Of a stretch of 20,303 nucleotides of DNA, positions 8,623 through 16,547 are shown piece after piece (within the stretch, counting starts at the first letter, position 1; every line of letters starts with the position of its first letter). A program made the translations under genes and the position numbers. The stretch comes from Cyanobacteria bacterium P01_A01_bin.123 (GTDB lineage: Bacteria; Cyanobacteriota; Cyanobacteriia; Phormidesmidales; Phormidesmidaceae). Where the stretch lies: assembly GCA_039815185.1 (NCBI GenBank), contig JBCBZT010000089.1:1-20303 (forward strand), written 5' to 3'. The notes under the pieces were generated by a model, which was given only the letters and a program-made list of their open reading frames with translations, searched no databases and had not been told where the DNA came from.

Positions 8623-9372
8623 ATGGCATCCCCCAGCGTCCTTGAACTTTGGCCTACCAGCAGCGTAGAAGATGTTCAAATCATTATCCGCGCGGTTTAT
8701 AAGCAAGTTTTGGGTAATCCCCACGTGATGGAAAGTGAACGGCTAACGACTGCTGAGTCCCAGCTAGCCGATGGGTCAATCACGGTACGTGAATTTGTGC
8801 GAGCTGTGGCCAAGTCCGATTTTTACCGGACTCGCTATTTTCAGTCAACTGCGCCTTACCGCTTTGTCGAACTGAATTTCCTGCATATTTTGGGGCGCGC
8901 TCCCCAAGATCAGCGCGAGGTGTCTGAGCACATCGTGCGCTGCGTGGCTGAAGGCTATGATGCTGAGATCGATTCCTACATTGACAGCGATGAGTACCAG
9001 CAAGCCTTTGGTGAAAATGTGGTGCCCTACTATCGCGGCAGGATGAGCGAAGCAAATCCGAAACAGCTGGGTTACAACCGCATGGCTGCCCTCGATCGAG
9101 GGGCAGCTCAAATTGATAGCAGTGTGAAGTCCTCTCAGCTTGTCGGCGCGATCGCAGGTAATTCTGCCAACCGCATTAAGCCCTCTTCGGCCACCGTGTT
9201 GGGTTCAGGAACTGAGAAGAAATTCAAGATTCTAGTTAGCGGGTCTAAGTTTGATACGCCCCGTCGGGTGAGCACCACAGAATATTTGGTTTCTGCTAGC
9301 AAGATGACGCCTCAAATTCAGCGCATCCACCGCACGGGTGCCAAGATTGTCAGCATTACTGAAGTCGTCTAG
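8623..9372 (+). CDS. cpeD: Phycoerythrin-associated rod linker CpeD
   Basis: 249 aa; IIRAVYKQVLGNPHVMESER; C-terminal IQRIHRTGAKIVSITEV; second gene of cpeCDE; AGGAG SD. Confidence 0.93.
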   Translation: MASPSVLELWPTSSVEDVQIIIRAVYKQVLGNPHVMESERLTTAESQLADGSITVREFVRAVAKSDFYRTRYFQSTAPYRFVELNFLHILGRAPQDQREVSEHIVRCVAEGYDAEIDSYIDSDEYQQAFGENVVPYYRGRMSEANPKQLGYNRMAALDRGAAQIDSSVKSSQLVGAIAGNSANRIKPSSATVLGSGTEKKFKILVSGSKFDTPRRVSTTEYLVSASKMTPQIQRIHRTGAKIVSITEVV

Positions 9373-9378
9373 TCATTT

Positions 9379-9412
9379 GGCCTGATGACCAGTGGTCATC
9401 AGGCTACTTTTT
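9379..9412 (+). terminator. Intrinsic terminator between cpeD and cpeE
   Basis: GGCCTGATGACC-AGT-GGTCATCAGGCT followed by ACTTTTT. Confidence 0.75.
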
Positions 9413-9471
9413 ACCTTTTTAGAAAATAGTTTGATTGCAATTTTTACTACTCAAATTAGGAGAGACGAATT

Positions 9472-10239
9472 ATGGCACTTTGGATTGCTGAAGCTGATGC
9501 TTTAGAGCTGCGTTCTAACATCACTGAAGATGAGCTTCAACTGATTATTCGAGGGGTTTATAAGCAAGTTTTAGGGAATATTCATCTGATGGAGAGTCAG
9601 CGCCTCACGAGTGCTGAATCTATGCTGCGGGATGGTAGTTTCACGGTTAAAAATTTTGTTCGAGCCGTGGCTCAATCTGAAGTGTATCGTTCCCTGTTTT
9701 TTGAAACATCGTCTTCGTACCGCTTTATTGAACTGAACTTTAAGCGTCTACTGGGACGTGCTCCTCAAGACCAAGCTGAAATTAGCAAGCATGTAGCTCT
9801 ATACAATGAGCAGGGCTACGAAGTTGAAATTAATTCTTACCTTGATAGCGATGAGTATAATGCCAGCTTTGGCGAAAATGTGGTGCCCTATTGTCGGAGT
9901 AATCGCACCCAAATGGGGATTAAGAATGTCGGCTTCAACCGCACCTTCTCTCTGTACCGCGGCGAAGCTACAAGTGATTCTGGCAGATCGGCTGCGTTGA
10001 TTGGTGATGTAGCGGGCAATCGTGCCACCAAAATTGTGACTCCGGTTAAAGGATCGGGTGCTTACAGCAATACGGGGAAACGTTACCGCGTTACCATTAC
10101 TAAAGCTAATTTTGGCCCTCGGGTAAGCCAAAGTAACACCACCTTTGAAGTTAACTATGCCCAGCTATCCCGCAAAATTCAAAATATTCAAAAGACGGGT
10201 GGCAAGATTCTCAAGGTTGCTGAGGTAGCCAACGCCTAG
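9472..10239 (+). CDS. cpeE: Phycoerythrin-associated rod linker CpeE
   Basis: 255 aa, MALWI...VYKQVLGN; C-terminal IQNIQKTGGKILKVAEV; third gene of cpeCDE; AGGAG SD. Confidence 0.93.
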   Translation: MALWIAEADALELRSNITEDELQLIIRGVYKQVLGNIHLMESQRLTSAESMLRDGSFTVKNFVRAVAQSEVYRSLFFETSSSYRFIELNFKRLLGRAPQDQAEISKHVALYNEQGYEVEINSYLDSDEYNASFGENVVPYCRSNRTQMGIKNVGFNRTFSLYRGEATSDSGRSAALIGDVAGNRATKIVTPVKGSGAYSNTGKRYRVTITKANFGPRVSQSNTTFEVNYAQLSRKIQNIQKTGGKILKVAEVANA

Positions 10240-10264
10240 GCGCTGATTGTCCAAAGTGGCGTCG

Positions 10265-10351
10265 GGAGAGAGAATTTAGGTGTCATCAGTTGAGAAGAGT
10301 TTAAACACTAGCGTTTACCTTCTGGATTGTTTCCCTCTAAATTCTGTCTCC
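10265..10351 (+). terminator. Long hairpin between cpeE and cpeS
   Basis: GGAGAGAGAATTTAG (10265-10279) / CTAAATTCTGTCTCC (10337-10351) with one mismatch; inner arms AGAAG..TAAAC / GTTTA..CTTCT. Confidence 0.65.
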
Positions 10352-10385
10352 TCCACCAATCCCCAATCAAGTTCGCAAACGATCA

Positions 10386-10913
10386 ATGGATATTCAGGAG
10401 TTTGTTCAACAATCGATTGGGCAATGGCGATCGCAGCGGAGTGCTCATCACCTTGCCTTTAGGCATTTTGAGGCGATTGAATCGGTCATTGATATCACGA
10501 CTGTTGCCCCTGGCGATGCTGCCGTAGCCGATCTTTGTAAGGCTTACGACATCGATCCCAAAACCGCGGTATCTCCTTTTAAGATGCAGTGGGAAGGGCA
10601 ATCAGACTGGGATGAGGGGGCTGAAGTACTGAAAGGGGCTTGCATTTTAGTGCCTGTGCCCGACCCAGTGCAGCCCAATCGAGGCAAGCTTTTGCGCGAT
10701 CAAGGCTACGCCGAGACCATGGCAGCGGCAGGAGAATACCATTTGACCGAAGACGGTACCTTTGTGCTGACCACGGCCTATGACCGGGCAGCGGCTGAGG
10801 AAAAAATTTGGTTTGTGACGCCTAACTTGCGGTGTCGAGTTTCTCTCATTAAAACCAGTGCTGGAACAGGTGTCGTCACGGCTTCATTTTCGTCAGAAAT
10901 TCGTCAGTCATGA
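10386..10913 (+). CDS. cpeS: S/U-type phycoerythrobilin lyase CpeS
   Basis: SIGQWRSQRSAHHL, GKLLRDQGYAE, EEKIWFVTPNLR, ASFSSEIR; position in cpeCDESTR. Confidence 0.93.
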   Translation: MDIQEFVQQSIGQWRSQRSAHHLAFRHFEAIESVIDITTVAPGDAAVADLCKAYDIDPKTAVSPFKMQWEGQSDWDEGAEVLKGACILVPVPDPVQPNRGKLLRDQGYAETMAAAGEYHLTEDGTFVLTTAYDRAAAEEKIWFVTPNLRCRVSLIKTSAGTGVVTASFSSEIRQS

Positions 10914-11509
10914 TGGCATCTAATCGTGATCTAGTTACCCTAGCGCAGTGGATGGCTGGGGATTTTAGTAACTCTCAACAGGCCGCTGCCAACCCCAGGG
11001 AGTATGCCCATATCCACGTCTTCTTTCGTCCGTTAGCCGTTGAGTTTTTTGCTGGCATTGGGTTTTATTCAGAGCAGGTGTATGACCACGATTTATGGAC
11101 ACCTTACCGCCAAGGGATTCATCGTTTGGTTGAGCAAGGCGATCATATCTACATTGAAAACTATGGTTTAACGGATCCGATCCGGTACGCAGGGGCGGCT
11201 CGTGAACCTAGTATTCTCAAAACAATTACGTTGGACTGTATTACTCGACGTGAGCACTGTTCAATGGTTTTTAGGCGTGAGGATAATAAGTTCGTTGGAT
11301 GTGTAGAACCCGGTAACTTATGTTTGATCAATAAGCGGGGATGTCAAACCTATCTAGTCAGTGATGTAGAAATTACAGAAACGACCTGGGCTAGTCTAGA
11401 TAGGGGCTTAGACGTGAACACCCATGAACAAGTCTGGGGTTCTGAACATGGTTCGTTGAAGTTTGAAAAACAGGAGAGCTTCGCCCATGAAGTCCCAACC
11501 TCCTTATGA
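10910..11509 (+). CDS. cpeT: T-type bilin lyase CpeT
   Basis: LAQWMAGDFSNSQQA, FYSEQVYD, PYRQG, SLDRG...QVWGS; start overlaps the cpeS stop (ATGATG at 10910-10915). Confidence 0.93.
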   Translation: MMASNRDLVTLAQWMAGDFSNSQQAAANPREYAHIHVFFRPLAVEFFAGIGFYSEQVYDHDLWTPYRQGIHRLVEQGDHIYIENYGLTDPIRYAGAAREPSILKTITLDCITRREHCSMVFRREDNKFVGCVEPGNLCLINKRGCQTYLVSDVEITETTWASLDRGLDVNTHEQVWGSEHGSLKFEKQESFAHEVPTSL

Positions 11510-11546
11510 AGACGCTGTGGCAGTCCTGGAAACTGAAGCGATTACA

Positions 11547-11852
11547 ATGCTGCCTCCAGAAGCTCAGAAGAAAATGCAGGGCTGGATTCGTAGCCGTCAT
11601 CTCATTTGTTCAGGAAACTTCTTTGTTTTCGAGACAATGGATTACGGCATGATTGAGCGGTTCTCAACTTGTGTTTCGGCCTTGGGGGGCACTGTGATTG
11701 CCGTTGACACCACGGGTAAGGTTTGGATAGGCAACCATCGTCAGGTGTTGCTCTATCAAGTGAAGGCGAGCCTACACACCCCAAACCACAAACTCAAACA
11801 ATACTGGATAAAATACGGCAATTTTCGCACTCGGTTTGATGTCAACAGTTAG
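11547..11852 (+). CDS. cpeR: Phycoerythrin operon regulator CpeR (101 aa; alternative start at ATG 11487)
   Basis: MLPPEAQKKMQGWIRSRHLICSGNFFVFE...LKQYWIKYG matches CpeR; last gene of cpeCDESTR. Confidence 0.9.
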   Translation: MLPPEAQKKMQGWIRSRHLICSGNFFVFETMDYGMIERFSTCVSALGGTVIAVDTTGKVWIGNHRQVLLYQVKASLHTPNHKLKQYWIKYGNFRTRFDVNS

Positions 11853-11855
11853 TCT

Positions 11856-12293
11856 TCAACGGGTTAATAACTGCACACCGACGACCATGGCGATCAGACC
11901 CAAGATTTTGTAGACATCGATGGGGCGTACAGTTGAGCCAAACCAGCCGTAGTGGTCAATTAAGGCAGCGGCAATTAACTGAGTTGCAATAATCAGGGTG
12001 AACCCCGTCGCGAGACCCATGCGCGGCCCGACATAACCGATCGATCCAACAATCACGATGCCCAATAACCCAGTGCTTGCGGCGTACCAGGGGACGTCTT
12101 TCCAGTTAGCAAGCTGCACTCCGCCGGTCAACGGGACCAGTAAAAGTATCACCAAGCCAGACGTCCCAAATGTGATTAGCAAACTCATACGGCTACCAAT
12201 GGTCTGCTCCATCAGACCCATAAATTGTCCTTGCAGGGTTATGGCAACGCCGCCAAGCATGGCTAAAAAGATTAAAAAAGTCGCTTGCCACAT
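11856..12293 (-). CDS. DMT-superfamily small membrane transporter (YdcZ/DUF606-like)
   Basis: 145 aa, about 5 hydrophobic segments; GGVAITLQG, PWYA..GLLG and QLIAAALIDHYGWFG motifs. Confidence 0.85.
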   Translation of the reverse strand: MWQATFLIFLAMLGGVAITLQGQFMGLMEQTIGSRMSLLITFGTSGLVILLLVPLTGGVQLANWKDVPWYAASTGLLGIVIVGSIGYVGPRMGLATGFTLIIATQLIAAALIDHYGWFGSTVRPIDVYKILGLIAMVVGVQLLTR

Positions 12294-12502
12294 GATGGGG
12301 AAACAGGAATAAATAACGGGTTTGCTTTACCCCTGAGACTCTGGCCCCTTTACCCCTGACGAACTGCAACAGGAAGCGGGACATCGCCAGAAAACCAGGG
12401 GCGTGGATAGAAGAGTAGCGGAAATGACCACTATCTCGGAAGATGGTCTAAGGAAAACGAAGCTTAGTAACACTTTATTACCCCCCTTATCTAAATTTTT
12501 AC

Positions 12503-13807
12503 ATGGGGTTTGTTCGTTCTCAAGACACACAGCCAGAGCAGCTTTTGGCATTGGCGCTGGGCGCTGGAGCAGAAATGGCCGAGGTGTTCCAATCTCGCGT
12601 CTTGTCTCGTCCGGTCTATTTTGAGGCCAATCGTCTTAAACAGCTCGAAAGCTCTGAAGTTGAAGGTATTGCCCTGCGATTATGGCATCAGGGTCGGCCG
12701 GGCTTGGCCGTGGCTTACGGTCAGGTCGACCCCCAGGTGTTGGTGGATAAAGCGATCGCGCTGAGTCAGCTCAACCCCGTGGAAATCGCTGAGCTCACGA
12801 TAGGAGACCCAAGCGTCTATGCTGATTTGGGTCAAGCAGTGGATGTAAAGGTCTTGGTGTCTTGGGGGCAAGACGCGATTGATCGGGTTCGTCAGGTTTA
12901 TCCAGAGGTGATTTGTGAAGCGGAACTAGAATGCGATGTTGAAACGACACGCATTGTCAATTCCCTAGGCCTGGACTGTAGCTATAGCGATACAACGCTA
13001 AGCGGTTACCTATCGGCGGAATGGGTGCGGGGGGATGATTTTCTCAGCGTCGGGGATGGTCAAACCTGTCGCGATCGCTTGGATCCTGCCCATCTTGCAG
13101 AGCAAGTGCTGCAAAGGTTACGCTGGGCCGACAATACAGTCTCACCTCCGATCGGACGGGTGCCTGTGCTATTTACGGCTAAGGCCGCAGATATGCTGTG
13201 GGGGACGGTGCAGGCAGCCCTCAGCGGTAAGCGGGTCATGGAGCGGTCTTCTCCCTGGAGCGATCGCTTGGGAGAGCAGGTCACTGCCCCTCAACTGACG
13301 TTTTCTCAACAGCCCGAGGTTGGCCCCTTTAGCTGCCCCTTCGATGACGAGGGCACACCGACTCAGCCTTTAGTGTTTATCGAAAACGGTGTACTGCGGC
13401 TGTTTTATACCGATCGCACCGTGGGCCAACAATTGGGCGGCGGCTCCACAGGCAACGGCTTTCGTCCAGGATTAGGCAGCTACCCGACGCCGAGTTTATT
13501 CAATAGCTTGATTCAGCCCGGCAGGCGATCGCTCCAGCAGCTGATTGCCAGTTTGGACGAAGGGTTGATCGTCGATCAAATGCTGGGCGGTGGGGCTGGT
13601 ATTTCCGGCGATTTTTCGGTGAATGTAGAACTGGGCTACCGGATTCATCAGGGAGAAATTCAAGGGCGCATCAAAGACACGATGGTGGCAGGCAACGTTT
13701 ATACCGCACTCAAACATCTAGTCGAACTGGGGGGCGATGCCGAGTGGAACGGGTCATGCTATACGCCGTCGGTGATTGTTGAGGGGTTATCGACTATTGG
13801 GCGGTGA
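12503..13807 (+). CDS. pmbA: TldD/PmbA family protein, PmbA/TldE-type (non-catalytic subunit)
   Basis: PFDDEGTPT, SGDFSVNVELGY, IKDTMVAGNVY; lacks the TldD HExxxH motif at the expected place (FTAKAADMLWG). Confidence 0.82.
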   Translation: MGFVRSQDTQPEQLLALALGAGAEMAEVFQSRVLSRPVYFEANRLKQLESSEVEGIALRLWHQGRPGLAVAYGQVDPQVLVDKAIALSQLNPVEIAELTIGDPSVYADLGQAVDVKVLVSWGQDAIDRVRQVYPEVICEAELECDVETTRIVNSLGLDCSYSDTTLSGYLSAEWVRGDDFLSVGDGQTCRDRLDPAHLAEQVLQRLRWADNTVSPPIGRVPVLFTAKAADMLWGTVQAALSGKRVMERSSPWSDRLGEQVTAPQLTFSQQPEVGPFSCPFDDEGTPTQPLVFIENGVLRLFYTDRTVGQQLGGGSTGNGFRPGLGSYPTPSLFNSLIQPGRRSLQQLIASLDEGLIVDQMLGGGAGISGDFSVNVELGYRIHQGEIQGRIKDTMVAGNVYTALKHLVELGGDAEWNGSCYTPSVIVEGLSTIGR

Positions 13808-13857
13808 TAAAGGAACCAGTTGATGTCAGTGATTGACGCCAGTGTCCGGCGGTTTCC

Positions 13858-16458
13858 ATGAATTTGTCTAGACGATTGCGCCAGCTATTGGGGTATAAGC
13901 GGGTCGCGATCGCAGAGGCCTGTTTGATTGGCGTCGTCTCTGGGTTATCTGCCGTCTTTCTGAAGCAGGGTATTGAGTGGTTGACGCAATGGCGCATTGA
14001 TCAAGATCAAGTGGATCACGCCTGGTATCTACTGCCCATGATGGGGATGTTGGGCGCTTGGGGGGCGGGGTGGCTGGTGCAACAGTTCGCGCCAGAAGCT
14101 TCGGGTAGCGGTATCTCTGGCATCAAAGCGGTGTTAGCCCACAAGGCAGTTGCCCTCAATTTACGGGTAGCGGTGGTGAAACTCATTAGCACTGTAATGG
14201 CTTTAGGGTCAGGGCTTTCCTTAGGCAGACAAGGGCCCACGGTGCAAATTGGTGCGGCTTTAGCCGCCCAACTTAGCCGCTGGGTGCCCACCTCTCCTGA
14301 ATACCGTCAGCAGTTAATTGCCGCTGGGGCAGCAGCAGGATTGGCGGCGGGGTTCAACGCACCGATTGCTGGGGTGCTGTTTGTGGTAGAAGAATTGCTG
14401 CAAGATTTTTCAGGCTTAACCTTGGGCAGCGCTATTCTCGCCTCGTTTATTGGGGCGGTGGTGTCGCGGCTGCTCGGGGGGCAGGGGCTTAATCTCAGTA
14501 TCACCACCCTACAGACAGGTCTGGTGGTGCAAGACTTGCCGTTTCTAATGTTACTAGGGGCGTTAGCGGGCCTACTGGGAGCATTTTTTAGTCGCGGGAT
14601 TTTTGCCAGCCTGAGTTTTTTTCGCGCCATGACTGGGGTGTCGATGCCCTGGCGAATTGGGCTCGCGGGGTTAATTACTGGACTGGTGGGCGTGTTGTTG
14701 CCGATCGCAGCTCAAGACAACACAGGGCTGCGAGATTTTTTAGTGACTGGGTCAGCCCATTGGCACATCATTGCGATCGCGTTTGTGGTCAAGTTTGGTC
14801 TCACCCTATTGGCCTATGGGTCAGGGGCGCCGGGCGGTATCTTTGCCCCAGCCCTAGTATTGGGGTCAGCCCTGGGGTGCTTGGTCAGCGCTGGGGCTCA
14901 AATCCTACATGACTGGTCGGGGTTGACCATGGCCAGCGGAGAATTTGCTAACGCTACCACCTATGCGCTAACGGGCATGGGGGCATTCTTTAGCGCAGTA
15001 ACGCGGGTGCCAATCACAGCCATCGTGATCGTGTTTGAAATGACGGCAGATTTTAATTTAGTGCTGCCGTTGATGATCGGCTCGGCGATCGCTTATCTGA
15101 TCTCTGACCGCATTTCACCGGGGTCAATCTATACTCGATTGCTGGCTTGGCAAGGGATAGAACTTGACCTGACGGCAACCACAAGCAACCCCTGGGCCAA
15201 TTTGACTGCCGACGATTTGATGCAGCGCCGGGTCGAGACCCTGACCAGTACAATGCCATTACCCGAGGCAATTCAGGCTTTTTCGCGATCGCATCACCGG
15301 GGGTTTCCCGTATTAGAAGACGGTAAGCTGGTGGGCATCGTCACCCAAAGCGACCTGAGCAACGCCGATCGCCGCCAAGGCCACCTCAACCTGGCAGACA
15401 TCATGACCCCCCATCCGGTGACGGTGAGTCCAGAGGCGTCGCTGACCCAAGTCTTGCACCTGTTAAACAAGCTCAAAGTAAGCCGTTTGCCCGTGACTGA
15501 CGGCCCCAAGCTAATCGGTATTATCACGCGGGGCGACATCATTCGGGCCGAATCTGATCAAATTAGCGGCAAGGCCATGGAAGCAGGGCCCCAAGCAGAA
15601 CCCTCCTATGTGGTTTATCAAACCCGAGCCCCAGCGACAGGCCGGGGACGATTGCTGCTGCCTCTGAGCGATCCGACCACAGCCCATTTGCTGATCCAAA
15701 CCGCGATCGCGATTGCCCAGTTTCACCGATACGAACTGGAATGTGTCCACGTGGTGCAGGTGCCCCGTAGCGCTTCCCCAGCGGAAGTCGCGGTAGATGT
15801 TGAACCCGGTCGACGGCTGCTGACCCAAGCTCAGCAGTGGGGCGAAAAGGCCGGTCTGTCTGTGCATACCCAAGTGCGCACTGGCCATGAAGTCGGGCAA
15901 CCCTTGCTCGAAGTGATTAAGGAACGGCACATTGATCTGATGGTGATGGGTTGGCAGCGACAAACGCAGACCCCAGGACGGGTATTGGGGGTCGTGGTCG
16001 ATACGATCATTCGCCAGGCCCCCTGTGATGTGGTGCTGCTACGTCCAGGGAGGCGTCCGCCTAATTTTCAAAATTGGTTAGTCCCGGTGGCCGGTGGCCC
16101 AAACGTTCGCCGCGCCATGGAACTATTGCCCAGCTTGATCAATCTCAATCACCAACCCGATGTCCGGCTTTGCCATGTGTCCTCAAAAGCGCCTTCGTCA
16201 ACAACCCAGCGTTATCTGACCCAGGCGGCCCAGCGGCTTGAATCCCAGATTCCGGTTCCGGTGAATCGAGTCACCCTGCAACATCCCCAAATCGCTGAAG
16301 CGGTGGTGAATCTTGCGGAGCAAACCCATCGAGATACGATCTTGCTAGGCGCGAGTCGGGAAGGGTTGTTGAGCCAGGTACTCCATGGCAATATTCCGGT
16401 CACCATTGCCCAACACACGACTTGCACGGTAGTGCTCGTGCGGCAGGTTAGTCGCTGA
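13858..16458 (+). CDS. ClC-family chloride channel/transporter fused to a CBS pair and two USP domains
   Basis: ClC motifs GSGIS, GRQGP, AGFNAPIAG..FVVEE, GGIFAP, SIY; CBS domains (HRGFPV..GIVT, SRLPV..GIIT); USP-like domains (LLLPLS..IDLMVMG..APCDV; WLVPVAGG..TILLGAS..TCTVVLV). Confidence 0.92.
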   Translation: MNLSRRLRQLLGYKRVAIAEACLIGVVSGLSAVFLKQGIEWLTQWRIDQDQVDHAWYLLPMMGMLGAWGAGWLVQQFAPEASGSGISGIKAVLAHKAVALNLRVAVVKLISTVMALGSGLSLGRQGPTVQIGAALAAQLSRWVPTSPEYRQQLIAAGAAAGLAAGFNAPIAGVLFVVEELLQDFSGLTLGSAILASFIGAVVSRLLGGQGLNLSITTLQTGLVVQDLPFLMLLGALAGLLGAFFSRGIFASLSFFRAMTGVSMPWRIGLAGLITGLVGVLLPIAAQDNTGLRDFLVTGSAHWHIIAIAFVVKFGLTLLAYGSGAPGGIFAPALVLGSALGCLVSAGAQILHDWSGLTMASGEFANATTYALTGMGAFFSAVTRVPITAIVIVFEMTADFNLVLPLMIGSAIAYLISDRISPGSIYTRLLAWQGIELDLTATTSNPWANLTADDLMQRRVETLTSTMPLPEAIQAFSRSHHRGFPVLEDGKLVGIVTQSDLSNADRRQGHLNLADIMTPHPVTVSPEASLTQVLHLLNKLKVSRLPVTDGPKLIGIITRGDIIRAESDQISGKAMEAGPQAEPSYVVYQTRAPATGRGRLLLPLSDPTTAHLLIQTAIAIAQFHRYELECVHVVQVPRSASPAEVAVDVEPGRRLLTQAQQWGEKAGLSVHTQVRTGHEVGQPLLEVIKERHIDLMVMGWQRQTQTPGRVLGVVVDTIIRQAPCDVVLLRPGRRPPNFQNWLVPVAGGPNVRRAMELLPSLINLNHQPDVRLCHVSSKAPSSTTQRYLTQAAQRLESQIPVPVNRVTLQHPQIAEAVVNLAEQTHRDTILLGASREGLLSQVLHGNIPVTIAQHTTCTVVLVRQVSR

Positions 16459-16547
16459 GCAAGGCGTATCCGGAGAGGGGATAGGTGCGTTTGTAGGATA
16501 GGTAAGGGGGTGCATCTCACTGTCGATCACTTAGGAAACAGGGTTGC

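Noticed and set aside
10280..10601. Small ORFs (60-72 aa) over the cpeE-cpeS junction
   Set aside because: They overlap a long hairpin and cpeS and have no recognisable motifs
12503..13807. RiPP/microcin maturation cluster suggested by a TldD/PmbA gene near a transporter
   Set aside because: No precursor peptide, YcaO or modifying enzymes nearby; PmbA is a widespread housekeeping protein
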